A DNA stretch of 64,000 bases from Octopus bimaculoides (GCF_001194135.2 NC_069006.1:12034567-12098566), one strand, 5' to 3'. Shown: positions 13,703 through 25,863, counted from the stretch's first letter. The notes: generated from the letters alone by a model not told the origin. Numbers and translations are program-made.

Positions 13703-14080
13703 TAGTGGGTGCTTTTACATGCCACCAGCACGAGGGCCAGTCAGGCGGTACTGGCAACGGCCACGCTCAAAATGGTGTTTTTTACGTGTCACCTGCACAG
13801 GAGCCAGTCCAGCGGCACTGGCAACGACCTCGCTTGAATGTTTTTTCACATGCAACCGGCACAAGTGCCAGTAAGGCGACGCTGGTAATGATCACACTCA
13901 AATGGTACTATTTACGTGCCACTGGCACAGAAGCCAGACAACTGCTCTGGCAATGATCACACTCGGATGGTGCTCTTAGTGCTCCACTGGCACAGGTGCC
14001 AGTCATCGAATTTGGTTCAAACACGATTTCGATTTCACTTGCCCCAACAGGTCCTTGCAAGCTGAGTTTAGTGTCCAATT
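13703..14080 (-). mobile_element. LINE 3' region with about 4.5 tandem copies of a 65-66 bp unit
   Basis: Units start at about 13708, 13774, 13840, 13904 and 13969. The upstream minus strand reads WTLNSACKDLLGQVK, resembling an ORF end. Confidence 0.65.
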
Positions 14081-14090
14081 TGGATCAATA

Positions 14091-14334
14091 TATACAAAAA
14101 TTCTATAATTATAAGCATAATTAGAACTAGGGTTCAGCAAATTGCTTCACCACATACCGTAATTTAGAAATAGCAGTTAAATTCTATTCCTCTACCATAA
14201 GAGTATTGCTGTCTGGGAGATATCTTATGGTGGAGGAATAGTATTTAACTGCTATTTCTAAATTACTGTATGTGGTGAAGCAATTTGCTGAACCCTAATT
14301 TTAATTATGCTTATAATTATAGAATGTTTGTATA
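14091..14334. repeat. Long inverted repeat / foldback element (about 112-bp arms, 20-bp spacer)
   Basis: Arms 14091-14202 and 14223-14334 are reverse complements with about 6 mismatches by manual alignment. Confidence 0.95.
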
Positions 14335-14344
14335 AGGTTACCAA

Positions 14345-14745
14345 TAAAGGTTATTTTAACATATTTCTGGAAAGTTTTACTGGTTTTTACAGTTCCAGTG
14401 ATGGATTGGATCTGTAGTCTTCGAATTAGCTTTCTCCTTTCTGGTTTTGAGAAGCCTTATTTCTCAAGATTGGTATTTAGGCAGTGTGTAACATATCTCA
14501 GGGCTCCAATAATTACAGGTGTAAACCTGAACTTATAATTTGGATAAAGTAACAGCAGATTTCTCAATAATTCAGCATAGGTATTCTTTTTCTCAGTGAT
14601 CTTCAGCTTTGGGTTAACATCCCCTGGGCATCTAATTTCCACAACTGTGCACAGTTTCCCTTCTCAATCCCAAATCATTATATCAGGTCTGTTGTGCTTA
14701 CAGTTTATTGAGGTCTTCACTGGAACATTCCACCAATATTCCTTT
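14345..14745 (-). mobile_element. Non-LTR retrotransposon RLE (restriction-like endonuclease) domain plus 3' end
   Basis: WWNVPVKTSINCKHNRPDIMIWD*EGKLCTVVEIRCPGD...KY-like TY...PVIIGAL follows the PD-(D/E)xK RLE pattern of R2/R4/NeSL-type elements. Confidence 0.8.
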
Positions 14746-14819
14746 TTATTATGTATGCATGTATATATGTATGTATGCATGCATGCAGGATGATGAGCTG
14801 GCAGAATCATTAGAACATG

Positions 14820-15055
14820 ACAGAATCGAGCTGGCAGAATCGTTAGCACACTGAACGAAATGCTTAGCGGTATTTCGTCTGCCGTTACATTCTGAGTTCA
14901 AATTCCGCTGAGGTCGACTTTGCTTTTCATCCTTTGGGGGTCGATAAATTAAGTACCAGTTATGCACTAGGGTCGATGTAATCGACTTAATCCCTCTGTC
15001 TGTTTCCTGTTTGTCCCCTCTATGTTTAGCCCCTTGTGGGCAATAAAGAAATAAA
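14820..15055 (+). mobile_element. SINE family B
   Basis: gagctggcagaatcgttagcac...gagttcaaattccgctgaggtcgac. Confidence 0.8.
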
Positions 15056-15094
15056 AATCATTAGAACATCAGATAAATGCTTAGTGGCATTTCG

Positions 15095-15536
15095 CCAAGG
15101 AAAACTGACAAAAGGGGCTTTGTTTCATTAGGACAATGTTCTGGCATACAAGTTCTTGGTTTCAATGGCTGCTGTGCATGACTGTGGCTTTGAACTGGTT
15201 GATCACTCTTCCTATTCTCTTGATTTGGTCCCATCTGACTATCAACTGTTCCTCAACATGAAAAAACACTTGGCTGCGAGCCAGTATTGCAGTGATGATG
15301 ACGTCATACCTGTTCATGATGACGTCATACCTGTTCATGATGACGTCATACCTGTTCATGATGACTTTTTGACCAGGAGGATGAAAGCTTCTTAACCACT
15401 GAGATCCAGCTGCTGTAACACCGACAGAAGTGTATGGACTGCAAGTGGGGTGGAGGGCTATGTTGAAGGATAAACCTCATTTGGTGACATTGTATGAGAG
15501 TAGGGCAGCCTATGAACCTTTCAACTCATCCTCGTA
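15095..15536 (+). mobile_element. Mariner transposase 3' fragment with right TIR and a 21-bp in-frame triplication
   Basis: FH*DNV...CGFELVDHSSYSLDLVPSDYQLF (degenerate YSPDLAPxD). The unit gatgacgtcatacctgttcat occurs three times at 15297-15359, and the element ends ...catcctcgTA. Confidence 0.85.
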
Positions 15537-16000
15537 AGTGATAGTGTTCCATAGGTGTCACATGTACAAAGAATAGATACCTTTTTAACACTTTTAACCG
15601 CAACATACTGTAACATATCTCTTGGTTATTTCTAATATTTAAATTCAACCATTTGCAGAAAAAAAAAGTCACTTAAATATTCAAAACTCAATATCAAATA
15701 TTCTTGTCAAGAAATTATGTTTAGAAACAGAAGCAGTTTTACTATGGAAAAGTCATTTTGACATGAAAACTCATACATTGGTTGTACTTCTTTACTTTTG
15801 ATTATTATAACCCAACTAGTTAACTAATTCAACTAATCAATTGTTTGATCAATAGTTGATCGATCAATCAGGCAGTTGGTTAATTTGGTTTATCAGTCTC
15901 TAATGACCTTATCAATGATATGACCCCATCAGCTCTTCTGTTGATTTCACAAACTGATTCGTCTGTGCTGTTACTTTATGTTATATAGCTTATAGAGTTT

Positions 16001-16051
<51 letters not shown>

Positions 16052-16164
16052 TGATGTTGGGGTGTGCTTTTTATGTTTCCTAGTTATTGTGTAAGGTGGA
16101 TGCTGGGTGTCCTGAAATATTTAACAACTTATTTCTACAAACAAGCATAGACACACACACACTC

Positions 16165-16176
16165 ATACATACATAC

Positions 16177-16207
<31 letters not shown>

Positions 16208-16470
16208 CATACATACATACATACATACATACATACATACTACATACATACATACTACATACATACATACTACATACATACATACTACATACATGCATAC
16301 ATACATACATACTACATACATACATACATACATACATGCATACATACATACATACATACATACATACATACATACATACATACATACATACATACATACA
16401 TACATACATACATACATACATACATACATACATACATACATTCATGCATACATACATACATACATGCAAA
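16165..16470. repeat. (ATAC)n microsatellite
   Basis: Directly visible; it explains the HTYI/MYVC ORFs. Confidence 0.95.
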
Positions 16471-16486
16471 CATACCCAGGTCATGC

Positions 16487-16640
16487 AGGCACGGCTGTGT
16501 GTTTAACAAGTTTGCTTCCCAACCACACAGTTTCAGGTTCCGTTTTAGTGCATAACACCTTGGGCAAGTATCTTCTACTATACTTCCAAGTTGACAAAAC
16601 TTAGTGATTGGATTAGGGAGATGGAAACAGAAAGAATCCC
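16487..16640 (+). mobile_element. SINE family A head
   Basis: gcacggctgtgtg...ggttccg...caccttgggcaagtatcttctac. Confidence 0.7.
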
Positions 16641-18013
16641 ATTGTATCTGTACATACGTATGTGTATGTCTTTGTGTCTTCTTGTTTTTACATCATGTGA
16701 TAAATGCAAAATGAGCATCAATTTAGTAGAAACAGTGACTCTTGTTTCCAAACTTCCATGGAAATGTTCCCAGCCATGTGGAAATATGACTTAACTTGAA
16801 AATGGGTGAGGGTTGGTGATAAGAAGGGCATCCTGCAATAGAAAATCTGCTTCAACAGATCATGCTGCCTGACCCATGTGAGCATGGAATAGTGGCCTTT
16901 AAAAAGATGATGATGATGATGATAATGACAATGACGATGATACATGCAGATATATAAAACTAGCTGTTTACCAGTTACTTTGTCAAAGTTTTTTTGTCCT
17001 GGCCTGTGACCATATCAGAGATGTGCATTTATCTGCTCTTCTCCCATGATTTTCACAACTTCCTCAACAAGTTGGCCTAGTACTCTCCATACATCCTTGC
17101 TTCTTGTTCTTCTGTTCACAAGCCCTTGCTAACATCTTTATCCCTGTTTCCAACTCGACTTTAACTGTTCTCACCAATTCTTGTATAGCAAGAGCAACCA
17201 TGTATCACTTGTCCAGCAAGAAACTTATTGTGGCCCCTTCTTTTCTATTCTATCCTTTTATCATCTAGCATTAAGCCATCTCCCTCTCAACTATATCCCC
17301 ATTTAGTCAATGGGAATCTTAGTCTTGTGAATTACATGGTGACACCACTTGTGTTGGTGCCGCAAAAAGAGTACCCAGTGTACTCTATAAATTGGTTGGC
17401 TTTAAGAACGGCATTCGGCCATAGAAACCATGTCAAAGCAATCATTGAAGCACTGTGCTGTCATTGGACCTGTTGGATTTTGGCAAACTATCTGACCCAT
17501 GCCAGCATAGAAGATGAATGTCAAATGACAATAAAGATAATGATAATCATATTCATCTCATTTATCTGTATCTCTGTTTATTCTATTTTATCTTGTTGCC
17601 CACCTCTGCCCTGACATTTAAATTCACTCAAATTATTTCACACTAGTATAAGATGTTTTATAGTCTATGAAAAACACTACTCTATGAGAACTAAATTGAT
17701 TTACTTCATTTTATCGTTTCTATTATATATCATCAAGTTTTACAGCGTCCGTAACATTACCTTATTGTTATTTTGTTAAAACTACCCAACAACTATATAT
17801 TAATTTCACTGCAATACATCTTTTAATTAAACATTTATTAAAAAACCTCAAATCAAAAAATAGTTTGAATACATCATCATTATTTTATCAATTTTATTTT
17901 GTTTTTCTACTTTACAGACCATCATAAATCATTCACCATTTAGATGCTTTCCAAATATTTAAAATAAAAATTTGTTATTTAAAACTGTTAATTTTTTTAG
18001 ATTAATATAATAC

Positions 18014-18225
18014 CCTTTTGATACCAACCCACCTGAGACAGTCTTTAATTCTATAATACTAACTTCATGTTTAAAGTGATTTAAATTAAAACCTTCCATC
18101 AAAATGTCATATTAATTTATGTTCCAAACACCAACTTAATGACTAAGATATTTTCTCACATTCTTCATTATTTTCCAAATTAATTGAAACAAAAGCAGTG
18201 TATTTCAATGGAAATATGGTAACCT
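18014..18225 (+). mobile_element. piggyBac-type MITE, degraded right end
   Basis: Starts cccttttgataccaaccc, homologous to the TTAA-flanked copies at 28.8, 36.9 and 52.8 kb. Confidence 0.65.
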
Positions 18226-18829
18226 TTCACAAGCATTTAAGTAGGTGGTGTTTTAATATTTTCAGTATTTTCTAGAGTCAATGCAGTGAACTGCCAGAAT
18301 CATTAGCATGGTGGACAAAGTGTTTAGCAGCATTTCATCCATCTTTAAGTGCCAGTTGAGCACTGGGGTTGATGTAATTGACTAAACCCACTTCCTCTAA
18401 AAGTGCTGGCCTTGTGCCAAAATTCGAAATCAATATTCTCTATATTCACATAATTTGTTTTGTTTTTAAACCTGTCTTAATATATGTTTTACCAAAATTT
18501 CAATTAATTTCATTTTCTCAAAATTTTTTTTTTATTACTCTTAATTACTCTGATTATACAGGGTGCAGCAAAAACCTCAGATATACCTTTCTTGATAAAC
18601 ACACTCTGTGGACCAGTCCAAACTATGTTGCTAACTGAAAAATAACAGTAAAACGTTAGCCATATGAAGACACCATTATCACCAGACTGACTTCACTAGT
18701 GTCACACCAATAGCCATATAAAACACATGAGGTCTTTCTGTTGTACTACGTTTAAAGACTTTATTGTTTTTTTGTTTTTTTTAAAATTCTCTCTTTCTCT
18801 CCACATTATGCATTGATTATATTTGAAGA

Positions 18830-19250
18830 CCCTGGAAAAGATGATAGCTTCGATAGCAGAATCCTGAGGACCATCAAGAACATCAGATGGTACCATCACA
18901 TTTCAAAGAACTGTGTATGTGCATGCATCAGTCTGCAGCCTCCAACCTCTTAGCTATCCACCACATGTGCTGATCTGAATGTCCCACCATCTCCCACTAA
19001 ATCGTCCTGCTTAAGCTTTACTCTCATCTGATGCAGCAGTTGCAGGTTGGAAGAGGCCATATGGAAGGCCCCACATCAGATGGCTGGATGTGATTGGGGA
19101 AGATCTGCAGAGGCTCAACATCACCTTGGAGGATGCAGAGGGACTGGCTCGGGATTACCGGCAATGGAGAGCACAGGTAGACATTGTTGGCTCTGCACGT
19201 GATGACATTTCTGGGACCACTAACCTGGCATAACCCAAGCCCCATCAAAC
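18830..19250 (+). mobile_element. RTE-clade LINE ORF 3' end
   Basis: FDSRILRTIKNIRWYHHIS... and GWKRPYGRPHIRWLDVI..DLQRLNITLEDAE..ARD..WR, the typical RTE C-terminus. Confidence 0.8.
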
Positions 19251-19578
19251 AGGAACCTGAAGCAAGCAAGAAAGTTATTTTCTTCTCTATTTTGTCTTTC
19301 TCCAGACTCTATCTTTTTAAATCATCTCTTGCTATATTTCTATTGGTTCCTTGAGTTCTGAGAGTAACATCATATTATGTAATCCTAGATAAAATAGGTC
19401 TCCAAATTGAAAACAGGATGAACAAAAATCTGGTTGGAAACACTTTCAGTCTATGTTCTACTGCTGAACCACAGCTGATATGGCACCAAGCTACAAAGCA
19501 GCAACATCACCACCACTACCTTCATAGCTGTTGTTGCCATCACCTACCAACCAACAAACCAACCAACCAATAACATAT

Positions 19579-19664
19579 ATGAGGACAGATACTTCTATAA
19601 AATTGCCAGCAGCCAGTATGAGGACAGATACTTCTATAAAATTGCCAGCAGCCAGTATGAGGAC
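19579..19664. repeat. Perfect 39-bp tandem duplication (2.2 copies)
   Basis: atgaggacagatacttctataaaattgccagcagccagt twice, followed by atgaggac. Confidence 0.95.
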
Positions 19665-20379
19665 TGTTCTTCATGATAGAAGATCTCAGTCTCTAATTTG
19701 TACACAGGTGGACACAGGACTGGGAATACAATATTAAGTATGGCTTTACTAGCTAAGGACATTTGTGTGTGTGTATGTGTGCATGTGCATGTATGTGTGT
19801 GTATGCGTGTATGTGTGTGTGTATGCATGTATGTGTGTGTATGTGATATATATCGCTCTATCTCTCTCAATTTCTCTATATGTCTATTACTATGTATGTA
19901 TGTATGAATGTATATATGTATGTATGAATGTATATATGTATGTATCTGTCCATTTATCTGTGCAAATATTAAAACATGAAGGAAACAAGAACAACAAGCA
20001 TCGATATTGGAAAGAAATTAACAAGAATTCTTCCATTAGTATTGAATATTATATTTCAGTGAAATCTTTAAATCTCCAAATATATAAAAATATAAACGTC
20101 TTAAATTTTCAATTTTAGCAGCCATTTTGGTTTGTTTTTATATTTTGTATTTTTTCTTTGTTTCTTTGTTTATTTGGATAAATTATTGAATTCATTGAAA
20201 AAAGAGAAAGAGGGAAGGTGGGGGAAAGGAAGAGGTGAGTGTAGAAAGATGGAGAGAGATGGAAAGAAATGGACAAAGAGGAAAGGATAGAAGAAAGAAA
20301 GAATACAAATAAATGAAACATTCTCTGTGTGTGTGTGCGCACACACACTCACATGTACGCTTACATATATGTGTGTGTG

Positions 20380-20411
<32 letters not shown>

Positions 20412-20421
20412 NNNNNNNNNN

Positions 20422-20460
<39 letters not shown>

Positions 20461-20800
20461 ATGTATGTATGAATACACACACACATATATATATATGCAA
20501 TATGTATGCATAATATATACAGACATACAAACATGTGTATTTGTGCATGTGGTGTGTATGTACAAATATATACACAGACACACACACACACACACGTGTG
20601 TTTGTGTGTTATGTGTAAAGTGTATATTGTCTGTTGATTTTCCTGTATTAATTTTAACATGTCCTTCTTTTGTCCTTCTTCAGTTGAACAATTCACATTT
20701 TAACTCTCACTTACTCCCCATCTTCCACTCAATAAAACTATTCTAAATTCTTCATTTCATAAATCTCAGCTTGTTTGGAATCTATTCTTTTTTCTTCTAG

Positions 20801-20923
20801 CAAATCTCTCACCCACCCCAGTCTCCATATGCTCGAAAACCAGATCTCCTCGGACCATTCCTACAACATTCCGTTGACTGTGTCTATTACAATGAAGGGA
20901 GCCACAACAACGTACATAAATGA
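20801..20923 (+). other. Candidate terminal coding exon (QISHPPQSPYARKPDLLGPFLQHSVDCVYYNEGSHNNVHK*)
   Basis: Acceptor tattcttttttcttctAG; unique CpG-retaining sequence; AATAAA at 21129. A second frame is also open (KSLTHPSL...VVS*), so the frame is uncertain. Confidence 0.3.
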
Positions 20924-22066
20924 TTGCTGGGTTTCCATTGTGGTTTCGTAATATTGCAGCTTATGAATTTTGTATTAGTTCACCATGCTGCAAATCTTGC
21001 AATGCTTGCACACTAAAAATGTATGTATGTATGTATGTATGTATGTGCATATATAATTGCAAAATATATAAATATATACTTGTATGTGAACTTGTATCTG
21101 TGTATATCTTCGTGTTGTATGCATGTCTAATAAAGGCAGATTCTTACCAAGCATGAATTACATTCAGAAATCAGGTTTCAATCCTTCCTTCTTTCCTAGT
21201 TTGTGCCCCCACCCCCATCCATCCTTGAACTGGTAAGAAGAACATTATTATTGAAAATACTTTGTAGCATTTAGTTATATCCCTTTATGAGTTCAAATAA
21301 CACAGAAGATAACTTTCTCTTTCCTTTTGTCTCTTTCTCACCTTCCAGATCTCGCATAAAATAAAAATCCCAGTCCTTCTTTTCCTTAGACATCCCACCA
21401 CAACCAAACTCAGTTTACATTCACTTGCAGATGTCAACCATATTTAACATCAACCACAGCTTTTCCAGCTTGAAGAGAAGGACAGAAGAGCTTGTGAGGA
21501 CCATATTCCTCCATCTCTGATTATATTATAAAACACACACACATAAATATATATACATACATGCACAGTACACACATGCATACAAACATAGACACTTATG
21601 CTTACACGCATTCCCACACATACACTTATAAATACAACACGCACACACATACACACACACACTGATACATAAATACATACAGTGCTATGCACACACATAT
21701 ACACACTGGCACACATTCTCATATACACATACACACTGATACAACCACACTGAATATCAGTTTCACCAGTGTAAGAGTGAACATTTGTAAATTTTTAGGG
21801 TACTGCTCCCTTTCTCTATCTCCTCCTTCTCCTCCTGGAGTCAACCTGCTATACAGAGCTGTTGAAAATCTCTTATACCACACTGCATTTTCCTTGCATA
21901 ATGTACTCTGGTTCTCTAGATTCTTTGTTCAATTAAAAGATTTTGTTGGATTTATTCTCTTTGCATGTGTCTATTTTTTTTCAGATATTTTAATATCCAT
22001 ATCTGTCTGCTTGCCTTCGTACCATCATCCTCTCTCACCAATTTTCTGTCTGTGTATCTATCTATC

Positions 22067-22120
<54 letters not shown>

Positions 22121-22123
22121 ATC

Positions 22124-22168
<45 letters not shown>

Positions 22169-22178
22169 NNNNNNNNNN

Positions 22179-22478
22179 ACAGTATTAATAAAATAGATGG
22201 AAGGAGAAAAGATTTTATTGGGTACGACACGTTTCGACCCGTTCTGGGTCTTTTCAGGTACATCAATAAAAAGTTTTACGAGAGATTTTCTGATTCGGTT
22301 TTATGTACTGCTATATGTCCACCAACTCAAGTTGATGGACGTAGTGGTACGTAAAACCAAATCAGAAAATCTCTCGTAAAACTTTTTATTGATGTACCCG
22401 AAAAGACCCAGAACGAGTCGAAACATGTATTGTACCCAATAAAATCTTTTCTCCTTCCATCTATTTTATTAATACTGT
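22179..22478. repeat. 300-bp imperfect palindrome containing two hammerhead-like cores (inverted PLE pLTR-like)
   Basis: The arms are reverse complements about a centre near 22329. The cores lie at 22222-22261 (minus) and 22394-22435 (plus). Confidence 0.85.
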
Positions 22479-23111
22479 TACCCCAACCGCTACTACGAAG
22501 TTCCTGCAATAAATCTACAGATAAGAACAGGTAATCAAAGCCCATTGTATATATATATATACATATATATATGCATATGTATGTGTGTGTGTTTGTGTGT
22601 GTGTGTGTGTATGTTTGTGCGTTTGTGTTTGTCCCCATACCATTGCTTGACAACCGATGTTGGTGTCCGATAGAATATGTACTAGGCTTACAAAGAATAA
22701 GTCCTGGGATCGATTTGTTCAACTAAAAGCAGTGCTCCAGCACAATCAAATGACTGAAAAGAATTCAAGAATATATGTAATCATGTAATCACATGATGTA
22801 TGTATATATAAGATACAAAGATTACATTTCTTATGTGAAATTTTTTTAATCTAAAAACTAAATGGGTCATGGATTAACAAATGGGCGAGTTCAGTCTGTG
22901 AGCTATCTTTGATTCCTGGTTGAAGACATTTCACTAAAATTAAGACCTGATATTGTCTTATAATACCTGATAATGTCCTGTGGGAAACAAGGACAGTCAC
23001 TAATTTATCTCGCAGGCATGCTGCCATTCTTTAAATCTCAGATCCAATATTTAATGAAGCGAAGCTAGACAGGCGATCGGTGGTCACCTCGTCAGAGCCA
23101 TCTCACCACTG

Positions 23112-23600
23112 AGGTGGAAGATGAAGAGGATAAAAGGTAATAATGGTGAAAATAGAGGAATGGAAGACAGAGGAAGAATAAATAGGACAAGAAATGGAAG
23201 GAGGGGGAGGAGGAGGTGGGAAGAGAGAAAATGAGGTGGAGGCATGTAGAGGAATAGGAAGAAGTAGAGGGAGTGAAAGAATGAAGTGGGAGAAAGTCAA
23301 TGAGGAGGAGGTGAATGAGTGGGAGTGAAAGAAAGAAATTAAGTTAGTGGAGGGGGAGTCAAAGAGAAAGAGTTAGTGAGAGTAAGAGAATGAGGTAGAG
23401 GAAGGAGGAAAAGAACTAGGTGAGAGAGAGGAGGGGGCATGGAGAAAAAGTGAAGGAGGAGGACAAGAAGAAAGGAGGAGTTAAAGCTGGGAAAAATAGA
23501 GGAGTTGGAAGAGAAAGAAGGGGGTGGAGGAGAAGAGGGAAGAGAGGTGGAAAGAGGAGAAGGGGAAGAGGGAGTAGTCATAGGAAGGTGGGGGGGGGGT
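23112..23600. repeat. Purine-rich (GA/GGA) low-complexity tract
   Basis: Directly visible. Similar tracts occur at about 27650-28070 and, pyrimidine-rich, at about 40960-41245. Confidence 0.85.
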
Positions 23601-23789
23601 CAGTTACATATAAAATGAAATCATGAGTTGGTGGCTCAACAAATGTTTTATGTTTTTTTCTCTTCTCAAAGCAAACAACTAAAATAACAATAAATATATT
23701 TAAAAACATCAACATTTAATACAAAAATCTTTTAGACACTCAACAATGAGATCACTAACATTAATAACTACAAAACAATAATGATAATA

Positions 23790-24155
23790 ATCCTTTCTAT
23801 AAGCACAAGGCCTGAAATTTTGGGCAGGGGGACAGTCAATTGCATGAACCCCCAGTACTCAACTGGTATTTATTTTGTCAACCTGAAAGGATGACAGGCA
23901 AAGTCAGCTGGCAGAATTTCAACAACAATAGTAATAATAGTTCTTTCTATGATGGGCACAAAGTCCAAAATTTGGGAGAGGGAGATAGTCGATTACATCG
24001 ACCCCAGTACTTAAGTGGTAATTAAATTATTGACCCCAAAAGGATGAAAGCAAAGTCAACCTTGGCGGAATTTGAGCTCAGAACGTAGCAGCAGACAAAA
24101 TTCCGCTAAGCATTTCGCCCATCGTGCTAACAATTCTACCAGCTCACCACCTTAA
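23790..24155 (-). mobile_element. Two tandem SINE family B copies
   Basis: Two cacaag...aaaggatga...aagtca units, followed by (AAT)n. Confidence 0.8.
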
Positions 24156-24165
24156 TAATAATAAC

Positions 24166-24210
<45 letters not shown>

Positions 24211-24541
24211 TATAATAATGATAATGATTATAATAATGATAATGATAATAACAATAATAATAATAATGATAATAATAATAATAATAATAATAATAATTTT
24301 TTTTGTTTTTTATAATATGTTATTGCTGCAAGGACAACTTGAGGACAATAATAATGATAATAATGATAGCAATAATTGCAAACACATTCATTCCTTTTAT
24401 TATTAAGATTATCAAACTTTTTTTTTCTTATCATTCCATTCTAGGTAAATTTCCATGCTTTATGTCCATCATTGTATTGTCCTTTCATCTGTTGCCCTAG
24501 TGGCAAATAAAAGAAGTCCTCATCCAAAAAAAATAAGAGAA

Positions 24542-24585
<44 letters not shown>

Positions 24586-25029
24586 TGTTGTAAAAAATGA
24601 AATATAATTTAAAAGAAATCATCATCATAACTTATTATTATTATTATTATGGTACCTTATTATTGTTGTTGTTGTTGTTGTTGTAGTAATAGTAATGATA
24701 TAGAGAAAAATCTATATTAAATGATATGAAAAACTGATATTGTTCATTATTTCTTGCTGGTCACGAAGTAGAGATGCTTTTGAACTCTAAGGAAATAGGG
24801 GTATCTTACAAAGATTANNNNNNNNNNNNNNNNNNNNNNNNNNNNNNNNNNNNNNNNNNNNNNNNNNNNNNNNNNNNNNNNNNNNNNNNNNNNNNNNNNN
24901 NNNNNNNNNNNNNNNNNNNNNNNNNNNNNNNNNNNNNNNNNNNNNNNNNNNNNNNNNNNNNNNNNNNNNNNNNNNNNNNNNNNNNNNNNNNNNNNNNNNN
25001 NNNNNNNNNNNNNNNNNNNNNNNNNNNNN

Positions 25030-25068
<39 letters not shown>

Positions 25069-25832
25069 GTGTGTGTGTGTGTATATATATGCATACACTC
25101 ATGTGTGGATTTGAATGTGTACTTCAGTGTGTGCATGTGCTTGTATATGTGTAAATGTATCCAGCTCAAAGACAATCTAATATAATGCTATCATCTCAAA
25201 GAAATAAATCAAAGAACAAGAAGTAGAACATCAACAACAACAACATCATAAACAAGAACAACAACTAAACAAAACACACACAAAAAAAAAATGCAATTTC
25301 AAGAAAGGATTATGTAGGTATTGTGTAGCTTTAAAAATAATATTTTTATCGGACTACATCTCCATGTAGAATTCTATGTATCTATGGAAGAAGAAGAAGA
25401 AGAAGAAGAAGAAGAAGAAGAAGAAGAAGAAGAAGAAGAAGAACAACAACAACAACATTTGTGAAGTTGTGGTTGATATAAGTAGAGTTGAGAGCATATG
25501 GAGAGGTGGACATGGGAAGAAGATTAGGATTTAGGTTTTTGGATAGTGATGATTAAGTTTTGAGAATATGGCAAAAAGCTCAAATAGCAAAGTTGAGAGA
25601 GTATATATGTTTAGGAATTATTGTTTGTCCTCCAAATTTGTTTTTTCTTTTTTTAATTCTCCTCTGGAATATTGTCTGCTTAAAGACAATGAGAGGTATT
25701 AATAGATTGATGCTGAATCTCAAAGTACGACACCACTAGAATACGATCGGATTGAAGCCGAGTTTTCAACAAGAACAGCATCAATTGAAGAATATTTCAA
25801 GGAGAATTATACAAAGTATTGTTGAGCAGAAC

Positions 25833-25863
<31 letters not shown>

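Noticed and set aside
14164-14182. tagaaatagcagttaaat resembles the SpCas9 sgRNA scaffold
   Set aside because: The match is short and AT-rich. The scaffold's GAAA loop is synthetic, there is no CRISPR context, and the motif is part of a local repeat family.
25700-25826. Protein-like IDAESQSTTPLEYDRIEAEFSTR...
   Set aside because: It is bounded by stops, has a poor acceptor and has no recognisable homology.
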